Shown: positions 23,729-37,200 of the stretch, one piece after another | Position numbering within the stretch: position 1 is the first letter of the stretch | Layout: the number at the start of each line of letters is the position of its first letter | DNA from: Oopsacas minuta | Taxonomy: Eukaryota > Animalia > Porifera | Length of the DNA: 64,000 nucleotides | Assembly (NCBI GenBank): GCA_024704765.1 | Contig: JAKMXF010000321.1 | Coordinates: 310,001-374,000 of the forward strand | Direction of reading: 5' to 3' | Notes under the pieces: model-generated | Told to the model about the DNA's origin: nothing | The model's database searches: none | The model's input: the letters and a program-made list of their open reading frames with translations, nothing else | Made by a program: the position numbers and the translations under genes

Positions 23729-24807
23729 ATGTCACGTAGCTTGTTAGAGCTAGATAAATATGTACAAACAGTGTTACCAAATGATCTCTCACGTCTAGAG
23801 GATCACACAGATAAACTGTCACGTTACTTAAGTCAGGGACAGAGGATCTTATTCCAGGAGGAGGAGAGAGATGCTAAATCTACTCTAAGACATTTGAAAT
23901 CTAATCTTAAAATTCTGGGTAATATTACAGCTGGTTTGTCACAGAGAGACCTGAGAGAAGCTAATAAGACAATCGATCCTATGAGGATACGAATTGAGAA
24001 AGTTGTGCATAAATTCCAGGTACAAACTAGAAATAATTACACTTATACCAAGTTTGTAAAATCCTGAATATTCCTGCGAAATATGAGTACAGTCAATTCC
24101 AGTTATATCGAAGCTCAAGGGTAGGCGATAACCGAAGGAAATTATGTTACTTTGATGGTTTGGGACCATATTTATACAATTTCAGGCTTGGTTATAAGCG
24201 GATATCTCGATATATCCGTGTTCGATATAATGGGAAATGACTGTAGCTTTTAGACGTTTAATATTTGTAGGAAGTTTGTCCAGGTCCTACCCTCCTAAAT
24301 GTAGAATCCTTATCCCACTCCACTTCAGAACAAGACCTCATGATGGCACAAGAAGAGATAGGAGACTCCAGATGGCAGAACGTGACAATGTCACCTCTAG
24401 AGGTTCAGGAAGTTATAACTCCAGAACAAAACGTAGCTCTCCAATCAGCTGAGACTCTACAGAAAGATTTAGAAGAAATACAGATGTTATTCATTGAGCT
24501 AGCAGAGCTCGCAGCCAATCAAAACGCACCTATTATACGTCTAGAACAGCATACAGAACAGACCGCACAGCATATAGGCACAGCAAGGAATTCTTTGTAT
24601 TATGCTTCTAAGCTAAAGGCAGCTGCTTTTCCAGTCGCCGGGGCGATAATCGGAGGGATGATAGGAGGACCGATCGGCGCTGTGGCCGGACTGAAGGGGG
24701 CTGCTATAGTTGGTATGGGAGGTGTGTCCATAGGAGCAGCTGCTGGGTGGGGAATTAAGAAATTCCATGTTTGGACTTCTGATCGATTGCATGAGAAAGA
24801 TGATTAA
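23729..24807 (+). CDS. STX17: Syntaxin-17; exons 23729..24019 and 24271..24807
   Basis: N-terminal VLPNDLSRLEDH...LKSNLK..IDP, SNARE helix, and the STX17-type Gly-rich hairpin FPVAGAIIGGMIGGPIGAVAGLKGAA. Phase-0 GT-AG intron. Confidence 0.88.
24088..24245. mobile_element. MITE family A, full-length reference copy in the STX17 intron
   Basis: TA + cagtcaattccagttatatcgaa ... ttcgatataatgggaaatgactg + TA; core ttga.ggtttgggaccatattt...caatttcag.cttgg.tataagcgg. Confidence 0.85.
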
Positions 24808-25258
24808 ATATACATATATGTAATTGAATAATTAAATGTTACAATTCCCGATTTATTCTATAAATACTGGTTGTAATATTGTTACTCAATAAACGTTTCT
24901 CAAACTCTCATAGGCTAGAGCCATACGTATAATATTATGTATCCTGACGACACATAAGTCCACTTGTGGATCAAGTTTGGTAAAATGGCCATATAATATA
25001 ATAGGACTTGACCAAAAATGACGTAAAATATCTCTGTGGCTAAAGGGTTGCCAAGTTTGGTCATACAACGACAGGTTGAGAAACCTTGCTGTAGCGGAAT
25101 GTCCACTCAATTCTTCGTGTGCTAAAACTAGGTAATTTATTGAACCAGTAAACTTATCGCTACATACAAATCCACAGCAACCTCATGACGTCACTAAACA
25201 GTTTGCTGGTTAGGAACCACCTTTAATAATACATTAGTTATTTAGCAGCAGACTTAGA

Positions 25259-28200
25259 ATGATAGGTAGCGATGAGATTTCTTTGAAGATTCTTATGATC
25301 GGAGATAGTGGAGTTGGGAAATCTAGGTTCGTTATCTGCCACTGAATGTATTTACATATGTTTGTATGTTTGTTTATTGTTTGTAGTTTATTGTTGAGAT
25401 TTACAGATAACCATTATGACACAGATCAACCATCTACAATAGGTAATACTATACCGTCACCTCCCGTTATATCGAAGCTCAAAGGACCGCGTTAATTCCT
25501 TCGATATTACCGACTGAATTAATGTTACTTTGACGGTTTGGGACTATATTTGTGCAATTTCAGACTTGGATATAAGCGGGAGTTTGCTTTACTGTATATT
25601 CTATTTACAGCTCATTTAGTTGGAAAAAGCATTCCCAAATATCCAAATATCCACTTTTAGCACTACAAACTTTTCATAAATATATCTTCTAATTAATAAT
25701 AATATCCAAGATTCTAACTTTTCCTTGCTTGTGTAACTTTTTTCCAAATTCTAAAGCAAGTTAATTAGTTATGAATCATAGTAGCTGCCATAAAATATTA
25801 TATTAATCATATGTAATTCTCTAAGTAATACAAATATGATAAATTCTCCCTGATTATTTTATTATTTATTTCAATATAGGAGTTGATTACAAAGTTAGAT
25901 TGTGTGTCACTGACGGTCAGAAGGTTAAACTGAATATCTGGGTTAGTAGAATATTGTATTGCTGATTTCTGTAATCGTAATCTAAGCTATATGAAAGATG
26001 TTTTAGAGTAAAAGTACCTTTTACTTAAGAATACATAATCTCGTTTTCTTATTTGTTATTTCGACTAATACATGACTCTACCAATATTCGTACGTATAAA
26101 TATGAAGTATAAGAATTATAGACAATGATCTTATAATGGAGTTTATTGATGTATTATTTGATGGAGTTCTTGTGCTTATGAATCTAAGCTCATCTACACT
26201 ACTTTTCTTCTCGCTTTTTTGGCTATTGTTTCTCATATCTGAGTTGAAGCGTGTTTACCCTCTCTGGCAGTATCAAAGACGGCTATCCACACATGAGGGG
26301 AATCTTAAGGCAGTCGATTATAGGAATAATTTAGTAAAGAATTCGCTTGGGTTAATTTTCGTTGTTATTGAACTGATTACGTTCTCAATAGAGACATTAG
26401 AAGGAATTGCCCGTCGATTAATCATTGAAATCACAAACAAGGATATTTCTAATCCGTGTGTTCTGGTTGAGCAGAGTTATTTATGGTGGAATGTACAATA
26501 CTCAGTTATTAGAATCCTAGAAACGATAAGGCAGTCAGGAATGCTCTTATTACCAGCTGTATTAACTGTAATGGTTATGCATTTGCAGTCTATATACTCT
26601 GGATTTGATCGTAGAGTTAGTATTAAGAAATTTATAATACTAACTGTTGCCAGCTTGTTTGCATTACTAATTACTAAGAGTATGTTATCAACACTGCTTA
26701 TAGCTGAAACAATATATATGATAGCTCTTCCTATACTCTTCTATTTGTTAGTTAAAAATACTCATAGTTTGTATTCTAGCATGCAAAGACGTGTAGTTGA
26801 TATATCGCATGAAGGAAATAGTCATCGTATGTTGTATTTGAGAGAAAAACGATTAGTTAGAACTTTTAGATGGAAAATTATACCGATGTATACATCAGCT
26901 GGTATTGGTATATTCGGGCAAGTTTTATACGTGATGATATATGCAGGTGTTGGTTCTGTATTCATGAACAGCTGTTGGTTCGGTACACAATACAATATAC
27001 ACGTTAATGTGTCATATAATAATACTTTTACAGAAGCAACGGAATATTTTGTGTTCTTGTCACGGTTCTTGTATTTCTTGACTGGAAATTTGTTTCTATG
27101 GACTGTTATAATTGTGAATGTATGCATTCTTGTGGGTGTTCTCATTGAGAAGATGAGAGGTTGTTATCCAAGGCATTCTGTGAGTTTACAGGCTTGTCTT
27201 ATTGAAAATATCTAATGATTATTTGTATATTCAATTGATATTAATATCTCGAGTATAGTGTATACTTGTTCTATATAATGAGGGTTGTTTGGAATATTTT
27301 CAGTTTTTGCTTATTTGTTAAAAACCGATTCTATCAATACCAATACCAATATATACGTAATAGTCTCTTCTTCAAATAATCGATGAACTGATTAGAGACC
27401 GTTGAAACGTTACGTAACTACAAGGGGAGGGGTGGTATACGAAGTGACAGCCTCATTCTTTTTGTATTAGAAATGGTGAAAAAGCGTGACACAGGGATGG
27501 GGAGTAAAAATATATGTAATTTTGCGTACATAATGTTTAAACGGCCCTTACCGCTATATATTTCGAAAATACATTATGGCCTTACTCTAATAGTGAAATG
27601 CTTGCTGATAAAATCAGCTGCTAGAATACGTAATCTAAATTCACGCATTAGATGTATCCCTACTTTATAAGTGTAAGGTAATTGCTCAATCATGAAACGA
27701 GGTAGAAACATACAAAATATGCCAAGCACAGACATTAATTATTTCATCATACACAGTAATGTATCTTGCTCTTATTTAAATATCCCTACGGGGCTCTCTA
27801 TTATACAAGATCTAATGTTACACAACACATATATACGTCCTATATATATTGTAATATTATTGAGTAAAGGAAATGCCTGTAATAGACGATTCATTCGTTA
27901 TTCTAGGAAGAAAAATTTTCTCGTTTGTTTTCGAATTTAGTATACTTATATTGTTACTACTGTCTGTACAGTGGGTGTGTTACTTATATAGAGATTCAAA
28001 ATACGCATACCATACATGGAAGTACAAAATATCATGCTATACATTTGAGGAATGGATTGAGGGAAGGAATTTCAAACACCGCTATTATAAAAACATTTAT
28101 TTGATAATTTTCCTGTGTTCAGATATGATAATGTGTGTATCTCTTCTCCCACAAGCTGTTCTCCGTCTATTCGATATCACTCCGTTCCATTCTATCGGTA

Positions 28201-31200
28201 ATTGTACTTTTAAGAACTATTCTTGGTTACAGGAGTATTATAACGGGGGTCGTACTCTGTGGGTCCTGGAGAGTATCCGTCTGTCCAGTCTGGTATTGGA
28301 AACTGGTTTCTTCCAGCTAATCCTGTTGTATTTGATCGAAGTTTACACAACTGTTAATCAAAAGCCGATAAAATACCATCCAATATTCAAAAGATTGTCT
28401 CTCAACATTGTACTATCATTGCTGATATTTGTACTAAATTTAGACGATCATACATTCATGTTTGGCCAGATATTGTACGCGGTGGTTTTGCCAATTTATG
28501 CTGTAGTAACTATCAAATATGCTCGTAGACTTAGCATGGTATTAGGCTGGAGACATCAAGATGCTGAGTATATCTACTCGCAGAATAACGCGATATTGCT
28601 GAACGAAGAGAGAGTTATACTTAGATACAGGCGGACAATAGTACCGTTATATTTAACCTTATTAATAGTGTCTCTAGGTCAGGTCGTGTATATTATCGTG
28701 TATGTCCTAATAGATACGATATTACAAAATCCCTGCTGGTTTACTGAAATATACAGATTCAGTTATACGAATGCGAACACGCTTCTACCGAATGATTTAC
28801 AGTTTTATTGGACGTCAGCTGGCTTAGGAGCAAATGTAGTCTGGTTATCCACTGGTATGATATTTTTCTGGACAATTATTGTGGTGAATATTTACCATTT
28901 TGTGAGTGAGTTTTATCAAGAGTATAAAAGGAGGAAATTATTTAAAGACAGGGAATTAGTGAGGAGACTTATACCAAGCCAATAACAGATAAATAATAAT
29001 AATAGCATTGTGTTTTGTATTATTAAATAGTTTATGGATAAAATCGGATATTATTTTCGGACAGTGTTGGCTACCCAGCGCCTTTTATGTATGTATAGAC
29101 ATGACACACTCTAAATTTCATGAGGTATACCCTCTAGATTCCTGGAGGATGCATTTACAATATTAAATTTCCCTGAAGTTAGTTCTATAATGGATAAATA
29201 CGAGTATATCAGATACGAATACCCCCCCCTATTCTTTAGAGGAACACTGTCTTCTGATGTCATATCCCTCTTTGGGACAGGTATATAGATTCTGTGGGTT
29301 AAGATAATACGCCCGTTCTTGTAAAGTACGAGACATGCTCCATACTCATTAGAATTCTCCCCCCAGACTCTCTGCGAATTCCAAACACCCTTGTATTTAC
29401 TACGACTATTATAGATTTTTGGTCGTTTGTATTCCGACCTGTACACACATATGCGTGTATGTAATAAGTAATAATTAGCTATTTATTAGTTGCTGTATAA
29501 CTTTTGCTTATTAATATTATATTTACCTCTTCTTATGGTATTATGTCATTGGTTATATTAATTGTAGAAACACATTAACACAGACTAATGCTATCTTTAA
29601 TTAACCCTCGTGCCAGATACATTATGCTCATTTAAAATAATCTTATTATCCCTCCCCGTCCCTATTTTATTTCACTGTTTTAAACTCTGTAACTTCTACA
29701 AACAGGGCCTGTGGGAACGGATTGAAAAATAAAGAGCGAATTCCTAGTCCCATACAAATGAACCTTAATAATCGGAGAATTCGCAGAAACTGGAAATAAA
29801 TAATATTTTTCGGCGTCCCTGACACCTGTAATTGTGGAGGTTTTATTCCTATTTTTGTATTACAGATTGTTATAACGAGCTTTATTTAATAATACTAACA
29901 AATACTGCACAAATATATAACAAATGAATACTAATTAATTCCTTTTCCATTATTCAAGAGAGGTGCAATTATGTCATCACTCTCCTGCATAACACATCCA
30001 TCAGGATCTCTCTTCTTCGCTGCCTTTTCTTTCCTCCATTCTCTGAAGCTATAGACACACTGTACAATCAGTAAATACATCATGACTAGAAACCCGAGAA
30101 TCTGCCTAGATATATTCAGGAACTGTATCCAGTAACTACTATAATGCTCGAACTGGATATTAACCTGTTCTGCGATCTCGTAATTCCACGGGTAGGTCAC
30201 ATCCACCCAGCAATAGTTTACCACTGCTGTCTCTGCTATGATTGAAATTGCGAATATTATCTCGATTAGAATCATAATATGTACGAGACAAACCATCGGT
30301 ATGATGAATAGTTCATAGTGTAGTTTGTAACTAAGGCTAGCGTAATATTCACGAGATTTAAGATGGGCTAGATCTGCAATCTGTTTCCTCATTAAACAAT
30401 AAAACTGTATTAGACAAATGTCTATGATAAGTAAGTGAATAAGGATCAGGAATACGTATAGGGAGTGTCCAAAGAATATAGTTTCCAGCCAACAGTTGAG
30501 TAGAAAAACAGCAATAAATTCTAGGATCGCGATTATTGCAGTTACCTTCACCTGCCAGGTTAAAACACGCTTGTTGTTAGCATATTGTGCGGTTATCAAT
30601 TGTAAAAGGATTAATTCGAAGCTCGCCATGGCAAGTACTGCGAAAGGTTGCCATTGACTATGCAGAGCCCATCCGTACTCTATAGGTTCATTTATTTTGT
30701 TCCATAACCAGCTGTCATAGTGGATGCTACAATTTCCTACAGTCCTATCTGCTCTATCTGTATTATCAAATACATACACTACTCCACCGTTATGTATTGC
30801 CATGATAGGTATTAGCAGTAATAGAGTGCTAATGAATACCACACATAGGATATGTTTCGCGAATTCTTGCCTCAGTGCGTAGCCTGTATCCTCCTCACGG
30901 TATCCCCCTGTATGTGCCCTCCATGCTTTGTAGGATTTAGTTATCATACGTAAGAACTTCATCAACCAGCTGATCATTACGATAAATATTATAATTGCAC
31001 TTATCCATATAAGTCCAATGCTTATTATCGCTACAATATGTTGCCATGAGTGTACCATTTTGATTTGAATTACCAGTCAGAATACAGCCACTATTTATAT
31101 GTGCCTACTCATTAATAGAGAGGGAATAAGCCCAGTAGAATTTTACAAAATAATATATCAAGAAAAAGATTCATAAGCGAAATATACCTTTCAATAATTC

Positions 31201-34200
31201 TGTGAGCAAATGCTTACATTCAATAAATATTTGTGTTCTTTTCAAGAATTGAATGTTATTATTACAAAACCTTATTTTGTTTTTGAGGTATAAATTATTA
31301 AAATACATTACATAATGCTTTAGAATATTACTAAATGATTTTATGGAGGCTTTCACTTTTCTGGAAAGAGCTCTGCAAAATTTGAAAGTAAGCATGTATG
31401 TGGAATGTGATAAATTTAGAGACAACTCCACAACCTCTGAGATAGGTGTTATAATATCTTGACCTAGCAAATTTGAGGGTATCGATTAGAATAACATTGC
31501 ACTATCAGAGTTTTCGCGAGCCGCGCAGCTCAAGCATACGAAGTGTGCTTGTAATAATGATCCACACAGTACCTCGTTAATAACACGGTAAAGTAAATTT
31601 TCTGATAATGTGAACAAACCACTGTATTAATTATTTCTGTGTATGAGATGTTGGATACAGTGAAACCTCGAATTTCGGTTAAGAAGAACATAATTTTACA
31701 CAATTTCAGTCCATAAAATGGCTATTCAAATGTTTTTACTCCGAATAAGGAGTACAAATCTCGACGGTCCCTTGGTGTATGTATTAACGAGATTCTATTG
31801 TATGTGTTTTAACATAAGCCATGTTATGGGTGATACCGATAATCGCTGTATAAGTATACCCTAGCAATCTCTATTTATTCTTGCCCCTTGAGATTATATC
31901 CAAATTAGCTGAAACACAGAGTTAACTGAATTATATTACAAACATGGCAATCTTCCCAATAAAATAATATACACTATTATGAATGGATAATTACTTAATT
32001 AATTCATTGCCAGCCTCCATTTCTGTGACTGAGTGGAGTATTAATCTGTACGAACCCTGATGTCTTAGTACGTCTACACCTCATAACAACATGTATTAAC
32101 AGGATAACTACCTGGACAACCAAAATATACAATAGGTGTGCAGATATTGCCCAATCACGTACACATATTATTAAATACGTGACTAGCCTAAAAACGTGTG
32201 CGTTGATGTCAAATCTGTGAATTTTACATCCGTATACTTCTTCCAGCCAGCATGGGTTCAATAGGATAGTTTCACCGAAGACATTAACGACAGTAAACGC
32301 GATCAGTGTCAGCACGATGAACTGTAGTAAACACACATTCCAAATAGTCAACCATTTGTATCTGATTGTTACTTTGTCGAAAACGGTGAATTCTCTGCTC
32401 TCCTGGCTCATAAAATATGTCATGTCAATTTTATACCTTTTCAACCGTTGCCATAGTAACCACGAATAGTATATATTCAGAATCATATGGAATTGTAAAA
32501 AAATCGTGAATGCCAATCTCCCCAACAGCACAGTACATTTGAATATATTCAAGATGAAAATAGTCGCCATTTCTATTGGGATATAACTAGAGAATAGCTT
32601 TATGAGATTATTGTTATGTTGAGGTTCATGGCTGTATGTCTGTATAAGTACGAGGTATATCATATTGAAGATGGTCATTTCGGTAACTGCTAAGACTTGC
32701 CATAGAGATTCAATGATAGAAACTTCAGGGTGATTATGGTTTAACTTAAAGCTAAGCCAGGTAGATTCTTGGATTCGACATTTCTGCGATAACGTATCGT
32801 TCGGATGCAGATAGGACTTTTCGGTTTCAGCTATGATTCCGTCAATAAAGACAAACAACAACATCAACACGTCAACAATTAAAAACAAGAAAATAAGTAC
32901 ATTCTTGAAGTATGTGTTTCTATGAGACATTATCACATCAAAATACTCACTGTTATACTTGTAGTAATCTTTGTAGAATATCCATGAACGATATGACATT
33001 TTAACCTTCCCAGACATATAAATGAGCCATCCTAAACTAACCGCGAAGACCAGAAATGCAGTTACTCCCAGCGGAAACCCAGTTCCATAAAGGAGTACGT
33101 CATGAAAGACATGACTTTGATTCATACTCTATTCCTGTAGTTATTAACACAAATGTTTTTTATACATTTGATAGTTATATTTATGCATATTGTTACCAAA
33201 AGAGACAATATTTCTGTTAGCAGAATAATCTTTCTTAGTAATCGTAAGCTGAAACCAACTATTTTGTATTCCACATTACCTAATAGTACATTGAACTGCA
33301 AAGTAATACTTTTGGGAATTATAGTTTTGTATATGATAGATTAGGGAATGCTTATTGTTTACACAGCCCTCTATATTGGTACATGTACCTAGCACCAAAT
33401 AGGCTTAAAGGTATTGGTTCTAGTTAATGGATGCGATAAGTACTAAAAGTACAACGAAGGGAAGTTAATATTCGTTCGAGTTTTAACGGATGTTGATTGT
33501 ATGTACTATATACCTGGAAAATAGCCTTCTAAACGAAATTTAGACCCAATATGTAAGTAATCTTTGCTACAAATCATGAGTGTGGCTGTCCTTATGGTAG
33601 GTTGAAGTAGTCCACCTATTTACCTTACTGCATATGAATTGCCTTGTTGCCATAGTTACTATTATGTTACCCCAATGGTACCACTGATAAGCCATAAACA
33701 ACACAATTTAATAATGATCATCAATAACAACAAAATTTTCACAAAATGTACTACTCAAGCTAGGAGCGGTTTTTTCAAATTTTCAGTACACAGTCTCATC
33801 CGTATGAATTTATCTAACCTCCTTCTCCTGACATGTTCTGTTACTACAAAATAGGCATTCAGAACTAGAACTGAAATCAAGAATACTATCGCTGTCATAT
33901 CCCTTAATATAATACAAGTAAACGTTACGTATCTGTAGTAATTCTCTGCTTCATGGCTGATTGATATCTTTGTCTCTATCGGGAAATGGCGAATGAACCA
34001 ACAATTATTGAGGACTATAGTGCCAATCCATACATTACAAACTATGTAAGCAAATTCTGCGAAAATAAACAGAAAACTAACGAGCAATAGAATAATTATG
34101 GCTGATTTGTATAATTTGAAGTTGTATACGTCATTATTTTTCTGTATAGTGTCGAGTTCATCTTTCATGTCTGCTTGATACCATTTTAGTTTTTTGTAGA

Positions 34201-37200
34201 GTTCCATAGCATATTTTAAAGTTAGCCACCAATAAATGAGAGCTAGTATCCCAAATATTAACTGGCCAGTCATAATCATGTCAGGAGAGGTGTCAAAACA
34301 TAATAACAATAAAGTTTGTGGCACCATAATTACAAGGAATGTCATCTTTTCTTTCTTGAGCGAATAGTCACGTTTTTTCTTGTAACTAGCTAGCGACTGT
34401 GTGTAGATACATGTAAAGTATCTTAGAATTGAAATGAAAATACAAAATTCTGCCAAGACAGCGCTCTGCCAAATTCCCTCAAAATATGAAGACGAATGCT
34501 CTCTTTCGAATACGATTGAAGCGAGCCAAGTTTCGTTTCTAATTTTGCAATTTTCAGTTTTCAAGTCAATTGTTAGGTTACTGGAACTGATTAAATAAGT
34601 TGCAGACTCTGCGAAAGAGGCGACACACATAATCATATCAGCTATTAGTAGGGTAGAAATCAACGCACTTTTGTGAAAAAATACTTTTCGTTTCAGACCT
34701 TCGTGTCCCTCGTAAATATTCACTCTCCATTGTTTGTAATTATTCTTCGCTTGTTTTATAAAGTATGACAACCAAATTAGCGAAATTAGAATTACCATCG
34801 GTCCTGCAATCATTTGCATTCCAATTTCTATAACATAACTGTAATGCAGTATATGCGCTAATACACCCATTGTAATTCAAAATACAGAAATTGCAAATTT
34901 ATGTATTTATAACCTTTCTCTTTGTAATTCTTTGCGACGTCGTCAATGAATTATCTACCTACTTACAATCTTTAAACCAGCAATTAATTTGCTAGCTATT
35001 GATTACCTCCTAATATCTAATATTAGCTAAGATAACTTTACATTCTCAAAGGTTTTCAATACGACTAATCCTATGAGAATAATGAGATCAAAAGTTTAAC
35101 TATATACCATGGACAATACTTGAATGTTCCTTCGGTAATACGAAGTGTTTGCAAGCAGCACACCGCAAAATGTGATTCTATCCTTGAAATCAACAAATAA
35201 ACTTACATATGGATTGTATTTCATTGATTACATATCCTTACTAATTTTGAATTCCGAATTCAAACAAGCATACCATAACCTTTCCTCGACACAGACAAAG
35301 ACAAAATTGAGAATTACAACTATTAATTCAGAAAAGATAATTTATACAATTCCTCTATAATTCCCGAGCAGAGGTGTTGAGGATTTGAAATGTGTTCTAT
35401 ACACTCTCCTCTTAGAATTAATCTTATTACAGATTAATAACATATTCATAATTATCAGTGTAATCATTAACAGGCAAATTGCTACTGTCAAGTTTGTGGT
35501 AACAACTAGTTGAAGTATTGAGTATATATCCTCAGCTTTTGAGCTTATATTCAATGGGAATTGTATTCTGAACGTCTTCTCGACCCAGCAGTTATTTAGA
35601 AGAATAGTACCGACAAATTCTTTAACAAGCTCATCGATTATTTTCGATATTAACAGATATTGGCCTATTATGAAAATCGGCTTTATGAATAATCTGTATT
35701 GTCGTATTTGCTGTGAATGTGTCCTCAAATCGACAACGTCTATTCCATCCGCATGCTCTAGATCCTGTTGCCTCATTTTTAATTGTACGTTCAATTTCTT
35801 AGCGTAATGCACGCCTGCAAAAAACGCTACAATTAACACAATCGAGTTCAAGATCCAATCGATTAGAATTGTCCAGGGTAAGAATGTTGTTATGGCAACG
35901 AGAAGAGCAGGTAGGAATGTTACAAACAACCATAACACCTGTTTTGCGCTGTAAGCAAACCTTTCTTTGAACTTGTAAACATTATTGAAATACAATAATA
36001 TCAATAAAAACAGCAAAGTCACGTATACCACCAACCCCTTTCTAACTGCCATAGCTGATGCGAATACCTTCTCATATCTCAAATGTAGATAACTGCCCCC
36101 GTATAAACTGCAGTTATTAACGTAGATTGTGTTATTTTTAGAATGAGCGAGGTTAAACGAGAGTTCCGTAATCATGCTCACTACACATAGGCTTTCTATT
36201 AGGAGGTAAAAGGAAAATAATATACTTTTGAAAAATCGGTTTTTGTAGTTCAAAAGTCTCACTTCGCTCTCAGCATCACTTGGCCTTTGCTTTATATTAT
36301 TGATATCAGTTAATGTTGTCTTTAATTTAAGGAAGAAATGTATGATCCAAGAAACGGAAATCAACAAAAACAAGCAAAATATGCTTATAGTTACGTAACT
36401 AAATGCTTTGTAAACAACAAGAAGAATCATTTTTATTTCCAATGAATAGTTTTGAATATTTTTATACTATTCTTTAGATTACCTGTCATCTGTGTAATGC
36501 AATTTATCGGGGAAAAGAATTTGATAATTTTTCTGATTTTGTGAAGCTCATTTCTACTTTTATGGTAGTGTGATTACCTAAATCTACCTGCTATTCATCT
36601 TTGATAAGAATTCTTAAATACCTTTCCTTACAATATGATTATTTGTGATATTATATCCCTTCGTAAGTAGAATAATCTAATATTTTGATTATTTCTGAGT
36701 CATTCACAGCAATAATTGTCTAACATAGTTTCTTTCAATGATTGTTAAGCAAACTGAGTTAACTGTAAATTCCTATATTATAATTCTGTGTGTTGAAATC
36801 TTACGGCCTTGATTGTGCACTTTGTCGCCAATTTATTCCAAATTGTAATTCTATTATTTACCGAATACTTCTGGGAAATTGTGTGATTTTAGGACGTCGA
36901 AAAGGTGCTAAAATCTCGTTTTTGGTGCGGGAATTGGTTAAAACGAAGTGGTGCTCCTTTTCATTACAAATGTAACACTTCTCCCGTAATCGGTTAATAG
37001 AATTATTTAATTAAGATCCTAAGGAGCGCATTATCTCCAAAGCTCTAACAATTATCCTCATTTAACAATTTAATATATTTTTACTAAGCACATTTCGCAT
37101 TTTTGAGCTTTGCGGCTTGCGAACACTTGTACATTCAATTTACCCAAAACATTTGTCACCTTTCTCAGAAAGATTGAGAGAAATCGCTTAGTATTGCGAG

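Noticed and set aside
25186-25193. TGACGTCA (CRE) 65 nt upstream of the RAB18 ATG
   Set aside because: The same octamer occurs several times inside coding exons in this window; one match is not sufficient support.
31171-31470. 99-aa ORF between 7TM genes 3 and 4 as a ninth cluster member or transposase relic
   Set aside because: No TM segments, family motifs or DDE signature; starts at TTG; AT-rich chance ORF.
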